Assembly: GCA_965232515.1 (NCBI GenBank)
Contig: CBDDPY010000002.1
Coordinates: 2,720,001 to 2,784,000 of the forward strand
Direction of reading: 5' to 3'
Length of the DNA stretch: 64,000 bases
Source: Alphaproteobacteria bacterium
Lineage (GTDB): Bacteria > Pseudomonadota > Alphaproteobacteria > GCA-2731375
This document shows, piece by piece, positions 52,755 to 64,000 of this stretch. Numbering within the stretch: the first letter of the stretch is position 1; every line of letters starts with the position of its first letter. Under the pieces are notes generated by a model. The model ran no database searches. It was not told the DNA's origin and was given only the letters and a program-made list of their open reading frames with translations. Both the position numbers and the translations under genes were made by a program.

Positions 52755-52829
52755 TGGTGGGCGCGGCTAGGATTGAACTAGCGACCCCTGCGATGTCAAC
52801 ACAGTGCTCTACCACTGAGCTACGCGCCC
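52755..52829 (-). tRNA. tRNA-Val(GAC)
   Basis: GGGCGCGTAGCTCAGTGGTAGAGCACTGTGTTGACATCGCAGGGGTCGCTAGTTCAATCCTAGCCGCGCCCACCA; cloverleaf, anticodon GAC, encoded CCA. Confidence 0.97.
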
Positions 52830-52879
52830 GGGGGTGAGCCGACACCGTTCCTTGCCGGCATCGTCTCGAAAACTCAAGC

Positions 52880-52908
52880 GATATAGGCCAAAGCCCCGAG
52901 GCTTGCAA
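52880..52908 (-). promoter_or_regulatory. sigma70 promoter of tRNA-Val
   Basis: CTTGCAA-N17-TATATC, alphaproteobacterial CTTG..CTATAT pattern. Confidence 0.6.
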
Positions 52909-53023
52909 GTCCCGCCATTGCCGCCAATTTTCACTATGCGGATGGCCGAGGATCTGGAAACATGCCCGGTCAACGGGACCGGGGTCGTCTTGCCGCTGAC
53001 GGAGTATCGATAAGAGGACCAAC

Positions 53024-53638
53024 ATGACGCCAGGATTTTTCACGTTCCGCCCAGTTCTCGCGGCCCTGATGCTGGCCGGCTGGTCCGCCGCGGCCATCGC
53101 GGCCGACGTCCACAAACTGACGCCGGCCAACCCGCAACCGGATGCCGGCGCGCTGAAACCCGGCGCTTATGTCGAGTACATCTATCGGGAAGCGAAATCG
53201 CTGCACGAAGCCAAATCCTGGCTCGGCTACGGCGATCTGAAGAAACCCGGCAAGCCGCTGCAGGGCTTCACCTACGAGGACTCGAAGCTGGGCGAGAACG
53301 TGCTGACATCAGATGCGGACGAGCTGGTCATCGCGTTCATCAACGGTTATCTGAATTTCCCCGAGCCCGGCACCTACAAGCTGACATTCTGGTCGAATGA
53401 CGGCCTCAGGGTTTCGATCGGCGGCGTCGAGGTCTACGAGCATGACGGCCGGCATCCCTGCGAAACGCTGGATCCGGCAACCGTTCAGGTGCCCGAGGCC
53501 GGCTGGTATGCCGTCGAGGCGCTGTTCTTCCAGCGGCTGAACACGGCCTGTCTGGTGATGGAGTGGCAAAAACCTGGCGAATCCGCCGATACCTGGACCG
53601 TGGTCCCGGCCGAGGCCTATGCCCACAAGCCGAAGTGA
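53024..53638 (+). CDS. Exported PA14-domain protein
   Basis: Signal peptide; GYLNFPEPGTYKLTFWSNDGLRVSIGG..HDG.H..AGWYAVEALFFQ..LVMEWQKPG. Confidence 0.75.
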   Translation: MTPGFFTFRPVLAALMLAGWSAAAIAADVHKLTPANPQPDAGALKPGAYVEYIYREAKSLHEAKSWLGYGDLKKPGKPLQGFTYEDSKLGENVLTSDADELVIAFINGYLNFPEPGTYKLTFWSNDGLRVSIGGVEVYEHDGRHPCETLDPATVQVPEAGWYAVEALFFQRLNTACLVMEWQKPGESADTWTVVPAEAYAHKPK

Positions 53639-53665
53639 GGCGCCGGTGCCGGAATTGAGAGCCGC

Positions 53666-54025
53666 CTAGGCGGCGAGCGTCCGTTCGATCTCGTCGACCA
53701 GGTCCCGCAGATGGAACGGTTTGGACAGCACCTTGGCGTCGACCCGGGCGGCGTCTCGGTTACGCAGGGCCACGGCGGCGAAGCCGGTGATGAACATGAC
53801 CCGGACCCGGGGATCGATCGCCACGGTCTGGCGGGCGAGCTCGATGCCGTCCATTTCCGGCATCACGATATCCGCCAGCAGCAGGTCGAAGCGGCCTTCC
53901 GCCAAGACCGGCAGCGCATCGGCGCCATCGGCCACGGCGAAGACCTCGTGACCGGCCCGTTCCAGCGCACGCTGCAGAAACATGCGCATGGAATCGTCGT
54001 CTTCGGCCAACAGAATCTTCGCCAT
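53666..54025 (-). CDS. cpdR: Single-domain response regulator CpdR
   Basis: MAKILLAEDDDSMR.FL.RAL, DIVMPEMDGIELAR, MFITGFAAVAL, VLSKPFHLRDLV; typical tRNA-Val/amidohydrolase context. Confidence 0.92.
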   Translation of the reverse strand: MAKILLAEDDDSMRMFLQRALERAGHEVFAVADGADALPVLAEGRFDLLLADIVMPEMDGIELARQTVAIDPRVRVMFITGFAAVALRNRDAARVDAKVLSKPFHLRDLVDEIERTLAA

Positions 54026-54277
54026 CTTGAACCCGTACTGAGCGCTGAGCGTCCCTGCCAATCGGCTTACGCTAGTCGACTATCCCTAGCAAAGCGTAAA
54101 GGCCGGCGAGCGACTGTGACGGCCATCATTGGGGCCGCAACCGAACGGACCAATCGATTGCGCCCGAGAGGCATGATAAGATCTGCCGCTGATGGGCGGG
54201 CCGGCCATGCAGGTCGGCGGCGTTTCGCGGTCGGCGGGACGGCAGGATGTGCCGGCAAACGAGCAGCGGGCGATTGA

Positions 54278-55180
54278 GTGGGAATGAGGGCGCGAAAAGA
54301 TATCTCGAGCGATGAGGCGACACCACCGTTCGACGTTCTGTCGCCGGCCGAGATCACCTCACCGGTGCTGTATGCATCCCCCCACAGCGGGACGGTCTAT
54401 CCGGATTCCTTCGTCCGGGCCTCAGCGCTGGATGCCCGGACCCTGCGCCGGTCCGAGGACAGCTTCGTCGATGACCTGTTCGGCGCCGCGCCCAGCTACG
54501 GCTCGCCGCTGCTGCGGGCGCTCTATGCCCGGGTCTACCTCGACGTCAACCGCGAGCCGTTCGAGCTGGACCCGGCCATGTTCGAGGACGAGCTGCCACC
54601 GCATATCAACACGACCTCGCTCAGGGTCGCGGGCGGTCTGGGCACCATCGCCCGGGTCGTCGCCGACGGCGCCGAGGTGTATCGCGACAAGCTGCCCTAC
54701 GCCGAGGCGGAGCGCCGGGTCCGCAAGATCTACTACCCCTACCACCGGGCCCTGCAGGACCTGATCGAGCGCACCCGCGAGCTGTTCGGCTGCGCCATCC
54801 TGATCGATTGCCATTCCATGCCGTCGATGGGAAGCCCCAGCGAGCGCGACGGCGGCCGGCGGCGGCCAGACGTGGTTCTGGGCGATCGTTTCGGGACCAC
54901 CTGCGGCGCTGCCGTCATCGACCTGATCCACAGCACGCTGGCCGGCTTCGGCTATCTGGTCGGCCGCAACAATCCCTATGCCGGCGGCTTCACGACCTAT
55001 CATTACGGTCGGCCGGCGCAGGGCGTGCACGTCGTGCAGATCGAGATCAATCGCGGCATCTATATGGACGAGGAGCATATCGGCAAGCTGCCGGGCTTCG
55101 ACGCGGTGGTCGGCCACGTCACGTCCCTGATCCGCACCCTCGCCGGAATCGATACGAACCCGCTCGCCGCTCTCAGGTAA
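54278..55180 (+). CDS. N-formylglutamate amidohydrolase family protein
   Basis: SPHSG..YP, RRSED.FVD.LF, DVNREP.ELDP, PYH, DCHSMP, NNPYAGGF, QIEINR. Confidence 0.9.
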   Translation: MGMRARKDISSDEATPPFDVLSPAEITSPVLYASPHSGTVYPDSFVRASALDARTLRRSEDSFVDDLFGAAPSYGSPLLRALYARVYLDVNREPFELDPAMFEDELPPHINTTSLRVAGGLGTIARVVADGAEVYRDKLPYAEAERRVRKIYYPYHRALQDLIERTRELFGCAILIDCHSMPSMGSPSERDGGRRRPDVVLGDRFGTTCGAAVIDLIHSTLAGFGYLVGRNNPYAGGFTTYHYGRPAQGVHVVQIEINRGIYMDEEHIGKLPGFDAVVGHVTSLIRTLAGIDTNPLAALR

Positions 55181-55195
55181 CCGGCCGAACCGCGC

Positions 55196-57820
<2,625 letters not shown>

Positions 57821-57985
57821 GCGCAGTCGTCGCTCAAGCGAACGCCTCCCGACTCCAGTGAGATCGGAAGCGATGAATCATCGGCGGACTTTCGCACAAA
57901 TCTCAAGCAGCGCCAATTCGGGACTTTACGGATCGATCCCAGCGCGATCGGCAGATCGACTAATCCGGTGGTTCCGGCAACAAAC

Positions 57986-58852
57986 TCAGAGCTGGTAGCG
58001 GAGCCCCGCCTGCACGGTGTTCGACTGGATATCGTCGTCCGAGGTGCCGAAATAGCGGTAGTCGAGCGTCAGCGCCAGACCGTCCCAGACCGGATAGGAC
58101 AGGCCGACGATGCCTTGGAAGGCGAACTCGGTGCTGTCGTCGCCCGAGGTGGTCACGCCGCCGACCGTGACCTCGTCGACCTCGGCGAAGGCGACGCCGA
58201 TGCCGGCGCCGATGTACGGCCGGACGAACCATTCGAAGGGAATGTCGTAGTAGCCGTTCAACATGACGGCGATGTTCGTATAGTCACCGTCGGCCTCGGC
58301 CGTGTTGCCGCCGGACTTGGCCTCGTCCAGATCCGCCGACCGATAGGCGAAGGCCAGCTCGGTCCGGATATTGGGCGTCACGTTGGTGCCCACGGCCAGA
58401 TCGGCGACGAAACCGCTGTCGACATCGATGTCGACATCCGTGCCGCCGACCGTCTCCTCCTGGTCCTCCGGCCAATCGAGGCCGCCGCCGGCGGAGACGT
58501 AGATCCCGTCGAACCAGCCGCCGAACCAGCCATCGTCCTGCGCCGGCGCGCCGGCGGCGGGCTGGACCTGCGCGACGTTGGTGGCCAGTGTCTGTGGCGG
58601 CGGGGTGTAGCGCAAAGTCGGCGGCGGCGGCGCCACCTGGACCGGCGGCACGTAGCTCGGCGCGCCGTAGCCGGCCGGCAGCGGGGCGGGCAGGCCCGAC
58701 GCCGGACCGGGAAACGGTCCGGCGTCAAACGGGTGCCGCTCGGCGAAAAAGGCGTTGAAGTCGTAGATACCGCCTCTGGTGCCGGCCTGCGCCGACAGCG
58801 CGGCGGAGATCGACAGGGCCGTCACCAGCCCCAACGAAAATCGACAGATCAT
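57986..58852 (-). CDS. Outer-membrane beta-barrel (OmpA/OmpW-like) with Pro-rich N-terminal region
   Basis: Signal peptide, RTELAFAYR, MLNGYYD, PYIGAGIG, FAFQGIVGLSY, DYRYF, GLRYQL. Confidence 0.85.
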   Translation of the reverse strand: MICRFSLGLVTALSISAALSAQAGTRGGIYDFNAFFAERHPFDAGPFPGPASGLPAPLPAGYGAPSYVPPVQVAPPPPTLRYTPPPQTLATNVAQVQPAAGAPAQDDGWFGGWFDGIYVSAGGGLDWPEDQEETVGGTDVDIDVDSGFVADLAVGTNVTPNIRTELAFAYRSADLDEAKSGGNTAEADGDYTNIAVMLNGYYDIPFEWFVRPYIGAGIGVAFAEVDEVTVGGVTTSGDDSTEFAFQGIVGLSYPVWDGLALTLDYRYFGTSDDDIQSNTVQAGLRYQL

Positions 58853-58942
58853 CCCCCAGCCTCTTCCATACCCTGAGCTCAATGCGGCTCAGCATAGCGT
58901 CAACCGGGGGCGCGGCCAACGTAAAGCGTTGAGGACGTTTGC

Positions 58943-59872
58943 TTAATCGCCGCTCCCCTGGGCTTGGGTTTTCTCCAGGTCGATCAGCGCCCGCTTGCGC
59001 GGGATGCCCCAGCGATAGCCGCCGAGACTGCCGTCGCCGCGGGTCACGCGGTGACAGGGAATGGCGAGCGGCACCGGGTTGGTGGCGCAGGCCCGGGCGA
59101 CGGCCCGCCGCCCCGCCGCCTTGCCGAGTACGATTTCGGCGACATCCGAATAGGTCCGGGTGACGCCCACCGGAATCCGCATCAGTTCCTCCCAGACCCG
59201 GCGCTGGAACGCCGTCGCCTGGACGTCGAGCGGCAGGTCGAGATGCGGCAGCCGGCCGTCGAGGTAGGCGACGGTCTTCTCCAGCCAGTCCGCCAGGATG
59301 TCTTCATCATGATGAACGTCGGCCTCGGGAAACTCGTCATGCAGGTTCTCGACCAGCTCGGCCTCGCTGTCGCCTAGGCAGATAAAACAGACGCCCGTGC
59401 GCGTGGCGGAGACCAGAACATGGCCCAGCGGTGTCGAGGCCACGGCATAGGCAATGGTCGCGCCCTTGCCGCCCTTGGCGTAAGTCGCGGGCGTCATGCC
59501 GAGCTGACCCGGCGCCCGCTCGTAGAGCCGGCTGGACGCGCCGTAACCGGCCTCGTAGAGCGCACCGGTGACGTCGTCGCCCTCCTTCAGGCGTTGCTTC
59601 AACCGCTCCAGCCGCCGGGCGTCACCGTATTGCGCCGGGCTGATGCCCATGATGCGCTTGAAGGTGCGCTGCAGATGATGCGGGCTGCCGCCGACATGGG
59701 CGGCGATCTGCTCCAGCGTGGGCGGACCGCCCTCGCCCTCGTCGATGGTCTGGTCGATGAAGCGCCGCGCGGCCTCGACCCTGTCGATCCGCTGATCGGA
59801 CCCGCGGCTCTGGGCGGCGGCGCGGGGCATGGCTTCGGTCAACATCTTTGGCTTCTCCTTAGACATCAGCAT
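58943..59872 (-). CDS. Ada-like AraC-HTH / O6-alkylguanine DNA methyltransferase lacking the N-terminal Zn domain
   Basis: SPHHLQRTFK..GISP, AGYGASSRLYE, TAFQRRVW, RAVARACATNP..IPCHRV, GGYRWG; no CxxC N-terminus. Confidence 0.88.
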   Translation of the reverse strand: MLMSKEKPKMLTEAMPRAAAQSRGSDQRIDRVEAARRFIDQTIDEGEGGPPTLEQIAAHVGGSPHHLQRTFKRIMGISPAQYGDARRLERLKQRLKEGDDVTGALYEAGYGASSRLYERAPGQLGMTPATYAKGGKGATIAYAVASTPLGHVLVSATRTGVCFICLGDSEAELVENLHDEFPEADVHHDEDILADWLEKTVAYLDGRLPHLDLPLDVQATAFQRRVWEELMRIPVGVTRTYSDVAEIVLGKAAGRRAVARACATNPVPLAIPCHRVTRGDGSLGGYRWGIPRKRALIDLEKTQAQGSGD

Positions 59873-59912
59873 CTGCCCATCGTTCTACCGCCATACGGTA
59901 AGCCGCCACTAT

Positions 59913-59923
59913 CCGATGCTTGC
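59913..59923 (-). promoter_or_regulatory. Candidate Ada-type operator
   Basis: GCAA-GCAT-CGG about 40-50 bp upstream of the ada-like start. Confidence 0.45.
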
Positions 59924-59990
59924 GCAGCGAAAAATATCATTTTTACAATGGGTTAACCATAATACGCCGCGGCACGGACGGAAATGCGGG

Positions 59991-60656
59991 CTAGGTCGGT
60001 GATTTGAACGCCACGATCGCCTCCGACGTCACCGTCCAGGCCCGCACCAATTCGCGATGGTCGATGGTCCAGCCAGCGGCAACCAGCCGGTCCTTCAGTT
60101 CCAGCGGCCGACAGCCGCCGACCAGCGTCGGCCGCAGCCAGTGCGCGAAGGCCCAGAAGCCGCTGGTGAAGCGTGCGAGACCCGACTGGCCGCGCGATAC
60201 GCTGGCGAGCAGCAGCAGCCCCTCCGGCGTCAGCACGCGGCGGCTCTCGTTCAGAAAGGCGTCGATATCGGCGTCGCTCAATAGATCGAGCACGTAGGTG
60301 CAGATCACGCGATCGACCGATCCGTCCGAAATCGGAAAAACGATCGCCCCGTCGGTTTGCCGGAATTCGACATGCTGCGTCGTGTCCCGCAGCCGGTCGC
60401 GCGCGAGACCGATCATGGTCGCGCTGACGTCCAGGCCGAGGTAGGCGGCGTTCGACGGCAAGTGATGCCGTATCAGCGACTCGGCAAACCGTCCCGTACC
60501 GCAGCCGAATTCCAGTACCGACCAGGCCCGCCGCAATCGGCCGCGATCGGTCAGCACCTTCAGGCCGGCATCCTCATACCAGCCCTCGCCGTCCTGTCGC
60601 TTGCCGAAGCGGTCGTAGTAACGCTGCGCCTCGGTATGGCTCAGCGTGCGGGGCAT
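59991..60656 (-). CDS. Class I SAM-dependent methyltransferase
   Basis: VLEFGCGTG, GLDVS..M, DRVICTYVLDLL, RVLTPEG. Confidence 0.88.
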   Translation of the reverse strand: MPRTLSHTEAQRYYDRFGKRQDGEGWYEDAGLKVLTDRGRLRRAWSVLEFGCGTGRFAESLIRHHLPSNAAYLGLDVSATMIGLARDRLRDTTQHVEFRQTDGAIVFPISDGSVDRVICTYVLDLLSDADIDAFLNESRRVLTPEGLLLLASVSRGQSGLARFTSGFWAFAHWLRPTLVGGCRPLELKDRLVAAGWTIDHRELVRAWTVTSEAIVAFKSPT

Positions 60657-62449
60657 CAGGCGGCGTCGAGCGTTGCCGCCAGCGCGTGCGGCACCTCGAT
60701 GGGCATGTCCAGCAAGACCTGGGCGTAGGCCTTGGCCAGATTGTCGGTGTGCAGGGAGGCCGTGCCCCCGCCGCCGAGCGTGTCGTGCAGCAGGAAGTTC
60801 ATGGCATGCAGGCCGGGCAGATCGAAACGCTCGACCCTGCCTTCCAGGTTGTGCGCGAAGTAGTCCGCCACGCGCTGTTCCGTCAGCGCCCAGCGCAGCA
60901 GCGGCAAATACTCGGGCCTGCGGGCGATGACACCGATATTGGCATTGTTGCCTTTGTCCCCGCTGCGGCCGTAGGCGAGCCGGACCAGCGGCACCGTGAC
61001 GGTCTCGCCGTTCGGCGCCTCGGCCGGGACCGCCTCGACGGCTTCGCTGGCGCTGGCCGTGAAGCCGCCCGCGGTGCGGACCGCTACCGTTTCCGACGCG
61101 CCGTCGATATCGAGCCGGACTGGCACGTCGGTCTTGTCGATCAGGAAGGAAAACAGCCGCACCACGGGCACTGGCGCCGGCCGGCCGCCGGAAAACCCCG
61201 TCGTGCCCGGCGCCATCGAGGTGCCGGGCGCCGCGTATTCGCGGGCGAAGATCTCCAGCGCCGCCTTCTCGTCGTGCTTCACGGCCATCTTCAGGACGAC
61301 CTCGCGCGGCGGCGTCGGCGTGGCCTGCGCGCCATACATCTCCTCGGCGCCGACGACCTCGATGCGGGTTTCGCTGTAGTCGCCAAGATTGCGGTCGGCG
61401 AACATCTTGCGGGTGCGGGCGACGATGGTCTCGCCGGTGCGCCGGGCCTTGGCCGCCGCGTCGATGCCGCCGATCACCATCAGCGCCTGGCTGCGGTAGC
61501 CGTCGCGGTAGGTGGCGCTGACCTTGTAGGTCGACGTCGGCGGCAGGCCGCGCACGCCGCTGACGCGCACCAGATTGTCACCGATCTCGTTCATCTCGAC
61601 GCCGGTGAAGTCGCAGACGACATCAGGCACCATGTAAGCGCCGGGATCGCCGATCTCGTAAAGCAGCTGCTCGGCGACCGAGCCAAAGCAAATCAGCCCG
61701 TCGGTCCCGGGCGGCTTGGAGATAGTGAAGCTGCCGTCGGCCGAGACCTCGGCGACGGGGTAGCCGATGTTCTCCCAGCTCTCGACCCGCCGCCAGTCGG
61801 TGAACAGGCCGCCCGTGCATTGGGCGCCGCATTCGATGATATGGCCGGCGAGCGTGCCGGCGGCCAGGCGGTCGAAATCGTCGTCGGTCCAACCGAATTC
61901 ATGCATGCAGGCGCCGAGCGTCACGGCGCTATCGACGCAGCGGCCAGTGATGACGATATCGCAGCCCCGGGCCAGCGCCGCGGCGATCGGCCGGGCGCCG
62001 AGATAGGCGTTGACCGACATCACCTGGTCCGGAAAAGCCGCGCCGGCATACATCTCGCGCGTGTCGGCGTCACGGAATTCCGCCTCGCGCGCCAACAGGT
62101 CGTCGCCCAGCACGACGCCGATCTTGACCTCGATGCCGGCCTCCTCGGCCACCCGCAGCAGCGCGTCGCGGCAGGCCAGGGGATTGGTGCCGCCCGCGTT
62201 GGAGATCACCTTGATGCCGCGTTCGACGATGTCGCGCAGCAGCGCCTTCATGGTCACCGAGACGAAATCCGTGGCATAGCCGAGCTCGGCCGACTTGGCC
62301 CGCTGTCGCGCCAGGATCGACATGGTGACCTCGGCCAGATAGTCGAACACCAGATAATCGATCCCGCCGCCATAGACCAATTGCGGCGCGGCGATGGAGG
62401 TGTCGCCCCAGAACGCGCTGGCGCCGCCGATGCGTATGGATTTCGTCAT
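60656..62449 (-). CDS. atuA: Acyclic terpene utilization AtuA (DUF1446) family protein
   Basis: IRIGGASAFWGD, DYLAEVTMSIL, NAYLGA, GHIIECGAQCTGG, EQLLYEIGDP, RSGDKGN, LGGGG. Confidence 0.9.
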   Translation of the reverse strand: MTKSIRIGGASAFWGDTSIAAPQLVYGGGIDYLVFDYLAEVTMSILARQRAKSAELGYATDFVSVTMKALLRDIVERGIKVISNAGGTNPLACRDALLRVAEEAGIEVKIGVVLGDDLLAREAEFRDADTREMYAGAAFPDQVMSVNAYLGARPIAAALARGCDIVITGRCVDSAVTLGACMHEFGWTDDDFDRLAAGTLAGHIIECGAQCTGGLFTDWRRVESWENIGYPVAEVSADGSFTISKPPGTDGLICFGSVAEQLLYEIGDPGAYMVPDVVCDFTGVEMNEIGDNLVRVSGVRGLPPTSTYKVSATYRDGYRSQALMVIGGIDAAAKARRTGETIVARTRKMFADRNLGDYSETRIEVVGAEEMYGAQATPTPPREVVLKMAVKHDEKAALEIFAREYAAPGTSMAPGTTGFSGGRPAPVPVVRLFSFLIDKTDVPVRLDIDGASETVAVRTAGGFTASASEAVEAVPAEAPNGETVTVPLVRLAYGRSGDKGNNANIGVIARRPEYLPLLRWALTEQRVADYFAHNLEGRVERFDLPGLHAMNFLLHDTLGGGGTASLHTDNLAKAYAQVLLDMPIEVPHALAATLDAA

Positions 62450-62501
62450 GACCCAATAATCCGTTGCCTGTCGACGTCGGCAACATAATCCGCGACCGAC
62501 G

Positions 62502-63779
62502 TCAGTCAAACAATTGCGGCAGCCAGAGGACGAAGGCGGGCCAGACCGAGACCACGACGATCACGAACAGGTGGCTGAGATAGAACGGCAGCGCGGCGAC
62601 GATCGCGCGTTCATAGGATACGCCGGCGATCTGCGCCGCCGTCATCAAGGTCATGCCCACGGGCGGCGTGATGTTGGCGACGTTCAACGTCAGGATCATG
62701 ACGATGGCGAAATGCAGCGGATCGAAGCCCAGCTGAAGCATTGCCGGCACCAGCACCGGGGCCACCACGACAAGCGCCGGCAGAACGTCCAGCACCGTGC
62801 CGATCAGGATCAACAGCAGATTGACCAGCATAATCTGGACGATGGGATCGCCGCTGGCGGTGGCGATCAACTCGGCCGCGTCGCGGGCGATGCCGGACCG
62901 GGTGACGAACCAGCCGAGCACGGTGGACGTCGCCAGCAGAAAGAACACAACGCCGCTGAACCGCACGGTGGTGATCAGCGCCTGCAGAATCTTGGCCGGC
63001 GTCAGCTGGCGATAGACCAGGAAGCCGATGCCGACGGTATAGACGGCGGCGAAGGCGGAGGCTTCGGTGATCGTGGTCAGACCGCTCAGGATGCCGCCCA
63101 GAATGATGACCGGCACCAGCAGCGCCGGCACGGTGCTGAGGAACGCCCGCAGCGCCACGGCGAGGCTGGCGCCGCCATGTTTGGGATAGCCGCGCCGCCA
63201 GGCGATGATGCCGCTGACCACAAGCAAAGCCGCCGCCATCAGCAGGCCCGGCAGGATGCCGGCCGCGAACAGGTCGATCACGGAGATGTCGCGCAGGATC
63301 GAAGCGTAGACCACCATCACCACGCTGGGCGGGATGATCGGTCCGATGATCGACGAGCAGGCCGTGACCGCGGCGCTGTAGTCGGCGTCGTAGCCTTCGT
63401 CCTTCATGGCCGGAATCAGGACCTTGCCGATGGCCACGGTGTCGGTGATCGCCGCCCCCGTGAGGCCGGCGAAAAACACACTGACCGTGATGTTGACGTG
63501 GCTGAGCGCACCGCGGACGCGGCCCAGCATGGCGTTGTTGAAGGTGATCAGCCGCTCGGTCAGGCCGGCATAGTTCATCAGCTCGGCGGTGAAGATGAAA
63601 TAGGGCACGGCCATCAGCACATAGCCGGCGACGCCGGAAAACATCCGGTCGGCGATGATGCTGAGAAAGTCGACGCCGCCGAGCGACGCCGCGCCGGCAA
63701 GCCCCGACATCGCCATCACCAGCGCGACGGGCGCGCCGATGACCAGCAGCACGACGAAGACCAGCAGCGCCGCCGTCAT
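62502..63779 (-). CDS. TRAP transporter large permease (DctM family)
   Basis: AVPYFIFTAELMN, GPIIPPS, LFAAGILPG, FDPLHF, ITPPVG. Confidence 0.93.
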   Translation of the reverse strand: MTAALLVFVVLLVIGAPVALVMAMSGLAGAASLGGVDFLSIIADRMFSGVAGYVLMAVPYFIFTAELMNYAGLTERLITFNNAMLGRVRGALSHVNITVSVFFAGLTGAAITDTVAIGKVLIPAMKDEGYDADYSAAVTACSSIIGPIIPPSVVMVVYASILRDISVIDLFAAGILPGLLMAAALLVVSGIIAWRRGYPKHGGASLAVALRAFLSTVPALLVPVIILGGILSGLTTITEASAFAAVYTVGIGFLVYRQLTPAKILQALITTVRFSGVVFFLLATSTVLGWFVTRSGIARDAAELIATASGDPIVQIMLVNLLLILIGTVLDVLPALVVVAPVLVPAMLQLGFDPLHFAIVMILTLNVANITPPVGMTLMTAAQIAGVSYERAIVAALPFYLSHLFVIVVVSVWPAFVLWLPQLFD

Positions 63780-64000
63780 CGCGCGTCTCCGCTATCGGCG
63801 ATGCGGGGGCTCAGCAGATCGATACCGCTGACAAGATGGATCAAAAGGATCAGGCCCGTCACCGGCACGCAGGCGACGACCCAGCGGTGATGCACCTGCA
63901 GCTGGTCCGAGACCATGTAGTACTGCGTCGAGTTGACGACGAAGTCCCAGCCGAACCAGACCAGCAGCAGGCTGAACAGCGCCAGCACGGCCAGTACGAT
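63776..64000 (-). CDS. TRAP transporter small permease (DctQ family), C-terminal part
   Basis: Hydrophobic C-terminal helices, ATGA overlap with dctM; runs off window end. Confidence 0.75.
   Translation of the reverse strand: MVLAVLALFSLLLVWFGWDFVVNSTQYYMVSDQLQVHHRWVVACVPVTGLILLIHLVSGIDLLSPRIADSGDAR

Overview
High-GC alphaproteobacterial chromosome segment, densely coding, with core markers gapR (DUF2312), cpdR, type-B rpmJ, hemN and tRNA-Val(GAC). It holds a partial Cu-ATPase with a CueR-type promoter, an IclR / amidohydrolase / carboxylate-amine ligase / DUF1244 / gapR / 3-hydroxyacyl-CoA dehydrogenase run, glycerate kinase-pyk, livHMGF-K, glcDEF, an ECF sigma-ferritin-cytochrome c module, a hydantoinase A/B + aminotransferase + LLM cluster, two histidine kinases, LysR-pirin-wrbA, hemN/hemerythrin around a perfect FNR box, a Zn-domain-less Ada, atuA and TRAP genes. 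I found no CRISPR array, rRNA, integrase or transposase. Best leads: (1) a probably autoregulated ECF sigma with no visible anti-sigma, upstream of a Tat-lipoprotein ferritin with an altered metal site and a cytochrome c; (2) a shared operator-like motif linking the IclR/glycerate kinase promoter with glcDEF; (3) an AT-rich orphan membrane gene splitting two host-like genes; (4) three structured intergenic repeat elements, one attached to the tRNA 3' end. All calls come from motif recognition by eye; no database searches were run.
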